DNA of 64,000 nucleotides from Octopus vulgaris (Eukaryota), in contig OX597818.1 of assembly GCA_951406725.2 (NCBI GenBank), positions 60,388,001 to 60,452,000 on the forward strand, in the 5' to 3' direction. The stretch's first letter is position 1; each line of letters opens with the position of its first letter. A program made the position numbers and the translations under genes. The notes under the pieces were generated by a model. The model was not told the DNA's origin. It saw only the letters and a program-made list of their open reading frames with translations, and did not search any database. Of the stretch, positions 54,227-64,000 are shown in pieces.

Positions 54227-54520
54227 CTAGAAGTATCGCCCGGCGTTGCTCGGGTTTGTAAGGGAAATAACTATATAAGCATTTTTAGAGAGTTACTTCC
54301 CTTATATAAACCGAGCGAAAATGCATTAAAAATGCGGAAAAATTATGGTAATTTTCTTTTTTAATCGTAGACTCATCGTAGACGCACGCTAATACGCAGA
54401 GGGGCTCGATATGAATCACGACTATAAGATACCCGGTTTTGGTTAAACTGCACCGCAAAATGTGGGAGTAGTTAGGAATCTAAATCGGTGTAGACAGACA
54501 CACAACTACATTTATAAATG
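54227..54520 (-). mobile_element. Non-autonomous Helitron-like element
   Basis: Minus-strand 3' end has hairpin CCCGAGCAACGCCGGG, a short spacer, then CTAG followed by T. The other end is gacagacacac plus AT-rich sequence. Confidence 0.65.
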
Positions 54521-54739
54521 TCATTATTGTACTATACATATAAGTATCATTAATTTCCCAAGGAAATGTAATCCTTTTCTCTCGGAGAAGCATAACATCC
54601 TTTTAGAGCATTTTTGCAATTCTGAAATAATAGATATGTAATTTCTTAACTATTATCAGTAGTAACGCTGCATAAATAATGACCGCGTATTTGCACTTTT
54701 GTCTGATGCATACGTAACACAAAATGCTTATTCATTTTT

Positions 54740-55167
54740 TTTTGTTTCAGTAACTTGATTGCGGCCATGCTGGAGCACCGCCTTTAGTCGAGCAAATCGA
54801 CACCAGGGCTTATTCTTTGTAAGCCTAGTACTTATTCTATCGGTCTCTATTGCCGAACCGCTATGTGACGGAGACGTAAACACACCAGCATCGGTTGTCA
54901 AGCTATGTTGGGGGGGGTCAAATACAGACACACAAACATATACATACCTCCATACATACATACATACACACACACACCTCACACACACATATATATATAT
55001 ATACATATATACGACGGGCTTCTTTCAGTTTCCGTCTACCAAATCCACTCACATGGCTTTGGTCGGCTCGTGGCTATATTAGAAGCCACTTGCCCAAGGT
55101 GCCACGCAGTGGGACTGAACCCAGAACCATGTGGTTGGTAAGCAAGCTACTTACCACACAGCCACTC
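54740..55167 (-). mobile_element. SINE family A
   Basis: Reverse complement match. Confidence 0.88.
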
Positions 55168-55348
55168 GTAAACATTTGCTAATTTCTTGCTTTCAATACA
55201 GAAGACATGAAAACTCGTGATTTTTCGTATGAATACACGAATATATCACGTGTTCTGCTATTGCATATTAAACTGATAAATTTGTAACGGATTTTACAAT
55301 TGATTTTTGGCATCTAATTAAATGTGCAACCTGTCATTTGTGTATATT

Positions 55349-55393
<45 letters not shown>

Positions 55394-55831
55394 ATATATA
55401 TGTATATATATAGCCTCCTCTCTGCGCCGGTCAGCAGCAAGCTTCACAGCTACATTCGTCGTAATTGACCATCACATATATTCCTGTATATTTGAAACCA
55501 CGCTTTTTCCCAACTCGTGAGTAGACTTTTCCTTAACCACAAACTATTTTCATAATTTTCAAACGACCAAATATTTTCAAACACCTTCTGATAACTAAAG
55601 GATCACCCACACATTAAAAATTAGAAAAAGAGGGGAAAAAAAAGAAAAGAAAGATAAAATAACTGCAAGCTCATAATTCAAATACAAACTTCTCAGTATT
55701 ACAACAAACATTCTGTACAATCAATTCTACATACTTCTCCTTAAAAAAAAAAAAAATAATAATAATAATAATTAAAAGTAATCAACAAAACGAACGAACA
55801 AAATAAAATTTAATAAAACATATCAACCAGA

Positions 55832-57061
55832 ATGGCTAGCCACCAAAAATCCAACAAAAACTGGTCTGATAATGAAGTCGACGTTCTTATCAACACATGG
55901 CATGGCCTTACCGAAACAGAGAGCATAGGTGCTTCGTGTCTGAACGAAATTGCTAAACGAACAGTTCACCATTTGCAAACTCGATCTGAACAGCAGATCC
56001 AAAATAAATTAAAACAAATCGAAGTTGCTTTTAAATTAATAAATAAACACTTCGATAAACTGAGATCTGTTTTCTCTTCCAACGCATCACCGGCGCAACA
56101 ACAACAACAACAACCTCAACAACAACAAACTCAGCGGCAACAACAACAACAACAACAGTTACAGCAACAACAACAACTTCAGCAGCAACAACCTCAGAGG
56201 CAACAACAACAACCTCAACAACAACAACAGGATGAACCACTCCTTGATTCATCTACAATGGCCGATTTGCTAAATGAAACGATTGACCCCCCAGTCATCA
56301 GGGTCACACAGCAGGAAGCACCACCCCTTCCTTTCACTGCCCCAGCAGCTCAATCATCATCATTGTCAACACCATCTCCTCTGCTTACTACTACTAGTAC
56401 TACTCCCACTATATATCGACAAACATCTTTGTCTTGGAATCGACCTCCTCAATCATTACCACCGTCAACATCTCTTCTACCTACTACTACTACTACTACT
56501 ACAGCTACTACTACTAATGCTATCTCAAGGAATTTACCTCCTACAGGTCACAAAGGTCGCCAAAACTTCAAACTATCATCTACACCTTTCACAGCTCACA
56601 CACATACACGCACCTACACACCCACTCGAAACCCCATCATTTGCCGATATTCTCTTCGCCATAGACTGTGCACTGATAGAGACTGCAAATTCACCCATTT
56701 ACCTGGAACAAAACGCTCTATCCCCACAAACTACAACAGCAACCACCATAATACAACATCACCACAACCACCAATATCTCAAACAAGGAATCCCCAAATC
56801 TGCCGCTATTCCCAGCGAGACAGATTGTGTTTGCACAGGGATTGCCCCTTTACCCATCTCCCGGGGACTCGTCGGACATTTAAAGATAACCACTCACATA
56901 AAAATAGCCGCAGCCACAGTCACCTGCGGTTCCCTAGACAGGAAACCACCTCTTCTTCCTCTTTTTTAGCTATAATGAATCTAGCAAAAGAACTGGAAAA
57001 AAACATCCGAGCTATCACCCACCGCCATCCACCACTATTACCCCACTACACATGCCATTAA
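55832..57061 (+). CDS. LINE ORF1, 409 aa: Myb/SANT-like N-terminus, poly-Q, S/T/P-rich linker, two CCCH zinc fingers
   Basis: Open ATG..TAA. WSDNEVDVLINTW...RSEQQIQNKLKQI resembles trihelix/Myb-like domains. CRYSLRHRLCTDRDCKFTH and CRYSQRDRLCLHRDCPFTH both fit C-x8-C-x4-C-x3-H. Lies directly upstream of the RT ORF. Confidence 0.85.
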   Translation: MASHQKSNKNWSDNEVDVLINTWHGLTETESIGASCLNEIAKRTVHHLQTRSEQQIQNKLKQIEVAFKLINKHFDKLRSVFSSNASPAQQQQQQPQQQQTQRQQQQQQQLQQQQQLQQQQPQRQQQQPQQQQQDEPLLDSSTMADLLNETIDPPVIRVTQQEAPPLPFTAPAAQSSSLSTPSPLLTTTSTTPTIYRQTSLSWNRPPQSLPPSTSLLPTTTTTTTATTTNAISRNLPPTGHKGRQNFKLSSTPFTAHTHTRTYTPTRNPIICRYSLRHRLCTDRDCKFTHLPGTKRSIPTNYNSNHHNTTSPQPPISQTRNPQICRYSQRDRLCLHRDCPFTHLPGTRRTFKDNHSHKNSRSHSHLRFPRQETTSSSSFLAIMNLAKELEKNIRAITHRHPPLLPHYTCH

Positions 57062-60000
57062 AAAGCAATCAAATAAACAAATCACCAAAACAATTAAAAC
57101 CATCCACTCTCGCCTCAACATTTCTGCTTAATGCCCAAGGCATCAGCCCTTCCACCAATACACAAAAATGGAAGATAAGATTCCTGGAGGACTGGGTCGA
57201 GGCCCATCCAAACCACATCCCTTTCTTCGTCCTCACTGAAACCCATCTTAGTGACCTCCACTTGGAAGCCGAGGTGAAAGTTAAAAATTTCAAAACCATT
57301 CGTGCTGATCGTGTTGGCAGAAGAAAGGGTGGGACTGCCATTTATGTCCATGATTCATTCTCAACAGAAGCCATGAACATATTTTCGAATGGATACTGCG
57401 AAGCAGTCGCTGTATTCAGTCAAACCAACAACTTAACAGTAGTTGGGCTCTACAGACCACCCCAAACGCCCCTACCATGCTTCAAGGAATGCCTCAACAG
57501 CATAAAGTGTTTCATTCAGCAGTGTCAACCTGACAACATTTTAATGATGGGAGATTTCAACCTTCCCGGGGTTGACTGGTCTATAAACAGTCTGCCGCCA
57601 GGTTCTTCTTCTCTCAACCCCTGACAGGGAGGCAGTGGAATCGCTTCTTGACTTCATGGATGACTTCTTCTTGTCCCAACTGGTACTCGAACCAACGAGA
57701 TGTCACAAAAACGTCTTAGACTTAATTTTCAGCAATCACACTGATACTATCCACAATATTGCAGTGGAGAAAACCCTACTCTCCGACCATGACATGGTTC
57801 TCTGTGATCTGAGATTTCACTGGCCAAAATGCAAAACAAATGTCATCCCTCCTGTTCATCCATTTGACACTATGGATTTCCACAATGCAAACTGGGAAGC
57901 GATCAATAATGATCTTGCACAAGTCGATTGGTCCTTCACGCACACATACACACCCACTAACATCAAAAAGTCCTGGCAGTCACTTGTAGACACCATCACG
58001 AACATATGTGCAAGATACACCCCATTAAGATCTGCAAACAAATCTAAGTGTCGAATCCCTAGAAATAGAAAATCTCTCATAAGGAAAATTAAAAGAATCA
58101 ACAAAAAGATCAACATGCTGAAATACTGTCAACAGCAACACACCAACCTGACTGCCATCTCGTCGCTAGAGATTAAAAAACATAAACTCCAAAACAACAT
58201 GATGTCTATCATCAATAGTCAGCGAAGAGCTGAAGAGGCCTGGGCCATTGAGAAGATCAAACTCAATCCCAAAGTGTTCTTTTCATTTGCAAAAAAACAC
58301 AGAGTCACTGGTTCTACTGTTGGCCCTCTGATTGATGAAAATGGTATTCTTCAAGACAATGCCAAAACCATGGGAGAAATATTGCAGAAACAATATTGCT
58401 CTGTTTTCAGCAATCCTGATATGACTGATCTGGGCTGTATCAGTGATGTTACTCCCCAATACACTTTATCGGACATAACATTTGGCGCTCCTGATGTCTT
58501 AGCAGCAATAAAGGAAATGAAGCATAATTCAGCAGTAGGTCCCGATAGGTTCCCTGCTTGTGTCTTGAAGATGTGTCAAAACCAACTTGCACCCCCTCTA
58601 GCCAATCTGTGGCGGAACTCATTGGATGCTGGATATATACCAGAAGACCTTCTATCCCAGTCTGTTGTCCCAGTTTTCAAAAAAGGAAACAAATCGCTTG
58701 CCGTGAATTACCGTCCAATCTCACTCACCTCTCATATCATCAAGGTATTTGAGAGGGTGCTGAGATCGCGTATGACTCACTTCCTTGAGAGTCATAATAT
58801 GCTGAACCCCAACCAGCATGGATTTCGTAATGGGAGAGATTGCCTGACGCAGCTACTGCATCATTTTGATGACATTTTGAGAGCCTTGGGAGAGGGTTCC
58901 AACACTGATGTCATCTACCTTGATTTCAGCAAGGCCTTTGACAGGGTTGATCATAAGATCCTTCTGAGAAAGCTGTCCAATATTGGTGTCACTGGAAAGC
59001 TGCTGCAATGGATCAAGTGCTTCCTCTCTAACAGAACCCAACATGTTGTAGTCGAAGGAGTCAAATCCAGCCCAGCCAAAGTCAGCAGTGGTGTCCCACA
59101 AGGCACTGTGTTGGGCCCACTTCTCTTCATCATCTACATAAATGATATTACTGACACCATCAAACACAGCAACATCAGAACCTTCGCTGATGATTCCAAG
59201 CTCCAGAAGGTCATCAATGGCGTGGATGACCGAATAAACCTTCAGTCAGACCTACTAGCTGTTGTCCAATGGGCGGAAAAGAATAACATGTTGCTAAATG
59301 AAGACAAATTCGAACTGATCCACTTTGGAAGGGAGGACGCTCTGAAACTCCCATACTCTCTTCCTTCTGGAGAAATTCTCATGGCATCCAACAACATCAG
59401 AGACCTGGGAGTAACAGTGGACAACAACATAAGCTGGGCTACACATATAAGCAGCAAAGTTGACATGGCCCGCAGAATGTGTTCCTGGATTCTCAGAACC
59501 TTCCAGTCGAGATATTCCCACGCTATTATCCTTCTCTTCTCCACTTTTGCCCGACCCCACCTTGAATACTGCTGTCCACTGTGGTCTCCCTACACAAAAC
59601 AAAATATTATGAGAATTGAAGCTCCCCAAAGGTCAATCACAAAAAAGATAGATGGCATGTCAGACCTTGACTACTGGGGTAGACTAGAGAAGCTGAAATT
59701 GTATTCACTCCAACGACGCCGTGAACGCTACATTATCTGTATGATGTGGAAAATATTCCATCAGCACTGTCCGAATGATGTTGGCATCACCTTCAAAATG
59801 CATCCAAGGCTTGGACCACGTGCCATCCGTCCACAACAAAAATCTAAATCGCATCACATAACGACAATACGGCACAACTATTTCACCTCAATTGGACCCG
59901 CTCTCTTCAACATTACACCAGGACACGTCAAAAAAGAAACTGACCACACAAAATTCAAGAAGTCTTTGGACAAATTCCTTCAAACAGTACCGGACAAACC

Positions 60001-60070
60001 ATCCACACCCGGATATGTCTCCGCAAACAATAACTCTCTGCTCGAATGGGCCTTGGTGCCCAAATCCTGA
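57052..60070 (+). pseudogene. LINE ORF2 (AP endonuclease + reverse transcriptase), with one +1 frameshift near 57610
   Basis: APE motifs LNAQG, LTETHL, GLYRPP, MGDFN (57052-57624), then LDLIF and SDH in the next frame. RT motifs YRPISLTS, QHGFR, YLDFSKAFD, GVPQGTVLGPLLF, FADD. CR1-type C-terminus LKLYSLQRRRERY. The ATG overlaps the ORF1 end by 10 nt. Confidence 0.93.
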
Positions 60071-60156
60071 ACTGAAAGACTTCGCCAGGTGGTGCTATTA
60101 AGTTAGACATGGCCTGGGCCAATACTGGCCAAAAACCTTTCTAAGTTATTCTAAGT

Positions 60157-60187
<31 letters not shown>

Positions 60188-60196
60188 GTATATATG

Positions 60197-60230
<34 letters not shown>

Positions 60231-60291
60231 TAGATGTATTTGCAGATCACTGTGATCGCATTTTTTGTTTAATGGTACATTGTGCGCGTGC

Positions 60292-60639
<348 letters not shown>

Positions 60640-60940
60640 TTTACTGTTTTACTCTTTTAACTTGTTTCAGTCATTTCACTGTGTCCATGCTGGAGCACCG
60701 CCTTTAGTCGAGTGAATTGACCCCAGAACTTATTCTTTGTAAGCCTGGTACTTATTCTATCTCTTGCCGAACCGCTAAGTTACGGGAACGTAAACACACC
60801 AGCATTGGTTGTCAAGCGATGTTGGGAGGACAAGCACAGACACACAAACATATACACACTCATACATATACATACATATATGACGGGCTTCTTTCAGTTT
60901 TCGTCTACTAAATCCATTCAAAAGGCTTTGGTTGACCTGA
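60640..60940 (-). mobile_element. SINE family A, headless
   Basis: Reverse complement match. Confidence 0.85.
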
Positions 60941-60996
<56 letters not shown>

Positions 60997-61018
60997 CATG
61001 CATACTCACGCACACAAA

Positions 61019-61520
61019 TACGAGGTCTGATCAAACATTACCGGGTTTGCTGTTATGGTGACGGAGCTAAATTACGCAGAGACTAAAGCCGTTTGGCACG
61101 GCTTGTCCTTGAACTCTGTCGCGCGTGCACAGAATTCATGTTCACTTCTACTGTTTATACCAATGCTTGGAATTAAAGTGCGCAGAGTGTGATCGTCCCG
61201 GGTTTAAACAGCGCAGGGTCTCCTTGATTGCGTTGGGGAAGGTGAAACCTTTCTGAAACGGTTCCAATATGTGACGAATCATGGGTCTATGTCTATGATC
61301 CGAAACCAAGGTTTGAAAGGAAGATTTCGAAGAAATCTAAGAGAACGCGAGGAAGCAGCTGCTCGCTATACCCCCCAAAAAAAAAATGGAGTTCCAAGTA
61401 TGCTTCTATCAATGGAAACGACACTGGATAAGTGTCTGATTTCGAAAAGGGACTACCTCGAAAGTAATTAAATGCCGAATCCATATGTGCTTTTTATTGG
61501 ATACTTGATATTGACATGAC
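61019..61520 (+). mobile_element. Internally deleted mariner element
   Basis: TA + cgaggtctgatcaaa TIR start, DESWVYVYDPKP, then C-terminal YQWKR...DKCLISKRDYLE. Confidence 0.7.
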
Positions 61521-63194
61521 CCAAAGAGGCAGAAATATGTATTTAGTGATATCGCCACCAATTTTCGTCACCTACTGATATATTCCTGTGTGTTTTTAAC
61601 ATTGTACGTCTTTGAGATGATATCTCAAGACAAATATCGCAGTTTAGCAGGCTTTCAACGATGTATCTATTTTAAGTATGATACACGAATTGCTGCTTTA
61701 TACTATGTTTTGAAATATGGAAATGCAACAAGTTTGCAGAATCGTGAGCACACCGGATAAGATGCTTGGCGTCATTTCTACCGGATCTTTACGAGCTGAA
61801 CTCAATTATCGCTGGCTTTATGCGATCAATACAATAGGTACCAAGAAGGGCTGGAGACGATGTAATTGAGTTGTTTCTCTCTCAAATTTGCTCGCCATCT
61901 TCCAAAAGTAGAAAGAATTATTTCTCACAATGGAATCCTGAACACATTTCAAATCTTAATCACATTTGAATGAAAAGCTATTATAAGTAGTAAATTGTGT
62001 TTTGTAACAGACGAAGAAGCTGACTCGCTTAAACTAACGCTGTCACAGGTCGTTTTCGTTTGCTTACAGTTTTTCTGACAGCGATTATTTATAGTCGAAG
62101 AATTTCAAACAGTTCTCTGACACCGAACTATTTTCCAATGACCTCTTCATCTTTGTCATTTCTGTCATTTAACTGCAGGACTCGGTTTTTACGTCTAATT
62201 GGTGGCAGTGCAAGCTGAGAGGCGTTTATCTACTGTTCAGGACAACGGTTGAAAATATTTGACACTTGAGAATTCACGAAATTATCCGTCGACGAATTTT
62301 TTCGTGTTATGCATACGAAGAGTGTAAATTCAATTGAGTGTAACAACACTGTCGCTGTGCTTCAAAAAATATTCGTAATAGCCAAAATGTCAGGTTACTC
62401 ACAAGAAAAAATGCTAAAACAAAAACACGGCATTTACATAAAACTGTTAAGAAGTCAGAAAGGGATTCATTTCTCAGGTGTATTAATCTCATAAATTCTA
62501 GATTTTCTCGGTTCTTCTGTAAATCATTTTCGAGTAATCGAGTTGCTGGCTGCTGCGGGTATTGAATAACTGCACCACGAATAATACCAATATTGTTTTA
62601 CAGTAATCCATAGGAGGGTTGATGCGCAGCGCAGTAAACTAATAAAGTACAAGGTAAGTCAGTGCTGAGATATCTAATGCATGGAGCAGCAAATAACAAA
62701 CTAGAAATAGATGTGAAGCGAGAAGTAAACGGTATGAGTTACGTTAGTTTTATATGAGCCCAGAAATGTTCTTCTGTTTCTTCAAAATACCAATTATAGT
62801 TATGAATAATGTAACATGTGTTGACTTAACTTTTGGTAAATTCCTTCGTAGAAATAAAACAAAGAATACAATTTATGGTAAAAATAGTTTCTCAGAGTAA
62901 CGTAAATCCTGAGATTTTTCAGTAGAAGAAACACCACACCATGTATGACAAAAACAAACAGTCTGATCATGGCTGATGTTCCTTTGACTTTTGGTCTCCT
63001 GTCTCAGACCAGATCTAGATCCGAGGCTAGTAAAAGCGTGTGTCGTAGTGGTTAGGGTATTCGCTAACGATTGAATGACCTGTCAATCGAAGAATTTGGA
63101 CTCGGAACGCAAAGAGCAGGAAGAACTGCTGCTGCGAAGCATTTGTTTTCCGACGCGCTAACAATTCTGCTGAGTTTCAGCCTTAATAATAACC

Positions 63195-63582
63195 CTTTCT
63201 AATTAGACACAAAGCCTGAAATTTGCGGGACGAGGACTAGTCGATTATATCGACCTCAGTGTTTCACTGGAACTTATTACATCGATCCCGAAAGGATGAA
63301 AGGCAAAGTGGACTTGGGCAGAATTTGAACTCAGGACGTAATGGCAGATGAAATACCTATTTCTTTACTACCCACAAGGAGCTACACACAGATGGGACAA
63401 ACAAGGACAGACAAACAGATTAAGTTGATTACATCGACCCCAGTGCGTAACTGGTACTTAATTTATCGACCCCGAAAGGTTGAAAGGCAAAGTCAACCTC
63501 GGCGGAATTTGAACGTAACGGCAGACGAAATACGGCTAAGCATTTCGCCCGGCAAGCTAACGTTTTTGCCAGCTCACCGACT
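63195..63582 (-). mobile_element. SINE family D dimer with mixed tails
   Basis: Match; a partial third head lies at ~63090-63185. Confidence 0.82.
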
Positions 63583-64000
63583 TTATAGTAAAGATAATGA
63601 TAACTGCTTCAAATGTTACTACAAAGTCTGCAATTGGGTTTGAGACTAGAACTTGACTGGTAATTTCTATATTGTTCCTTTCCTTTTTGATATTTCAAAT
63701 TTTTCAATTTCGTTGCCTTTCATCTCGTTATGCAATATGGTCAGAAGACTGTGACACAGATGGGAACAAAACTGTTTTTTTGTGTGTGTATGTCAGGACA
63801 TGAAGAAATGGAAGGAATAGGGTTATGGTTGAAAGAATACATGTTGGAATTTCTTCAGGATGGCAAATATTTTGTTATGGTCATTATTTTAGTCAATTAC
63901 TAATTCTGACGAATTTAATGTTGATATTGATGTTGCTGTTACTGTTGAGCGAAGCTGTCTTCGTCCCAGAGCTCGCAAGATGGGAGAAGTCCGAATCGTG

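Larger units (their letters stand above)
55413..60158 (+). mobile_element. Near full-length CR1-group non-LTR retrotransposon (LINE) inserted in a (TA)n tract
   Basis: ~420 bp 5' UTR, ORF1, overlapping ORF2 (APE + RT), and a short 3' UTR with a GGCCA-ATAC-TGGCC hairpin ending in (TTCTAAGTTA)x2. (TA)n lies on both sides. Confidence 0.93.

Noticed and set aside
57600-57637. Programmed frameshift or readthrough between APE and RT
   Set aside because: The shift falls inside the endonuclease domain (before SDH) and has no canonical slippery site; a 1-bp indel is simpler.

Overview
AT-rich, microsatellite-saturated eukaryotic intergenic or intronic DNA. The SINE families resemble those I associate with Octopus/cephalopod genomes (inference). 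No host protein-coding exon could be supported, and almost all ORFs in the track are microsatellite or antisense-SINE artefacts. The main feature is a near-intact ~4.75 kb CR1-group LINE (~55413-60158) inside a (TA)n tract. Its ORF1 combines a Myb/SANT-like N-terminus, poly-Q and two CCCH fingers; its ORF2 (APE endonuclease + RT) is broken by one frameshift. The rest is about 40 tRNA-derived SINE copies or fragments of four families, 5'-truncated CR1, RTE and R4/Dong LINE ends, decayed mariner/Tc1, hAT and Helitron pieces, and Penelope-like remnants. Several of the Penelope-like remnants carry minimal hammerhead-ribozyme motifs and are often palindromic. One combines a tRNA-like Pol III head, (TAA)n and a hammerhead tail, suggesting a SINE/retrozyme mobilised by Penelope-like elements. 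All coordinates were read by eye and repeat boundaries are approximate.
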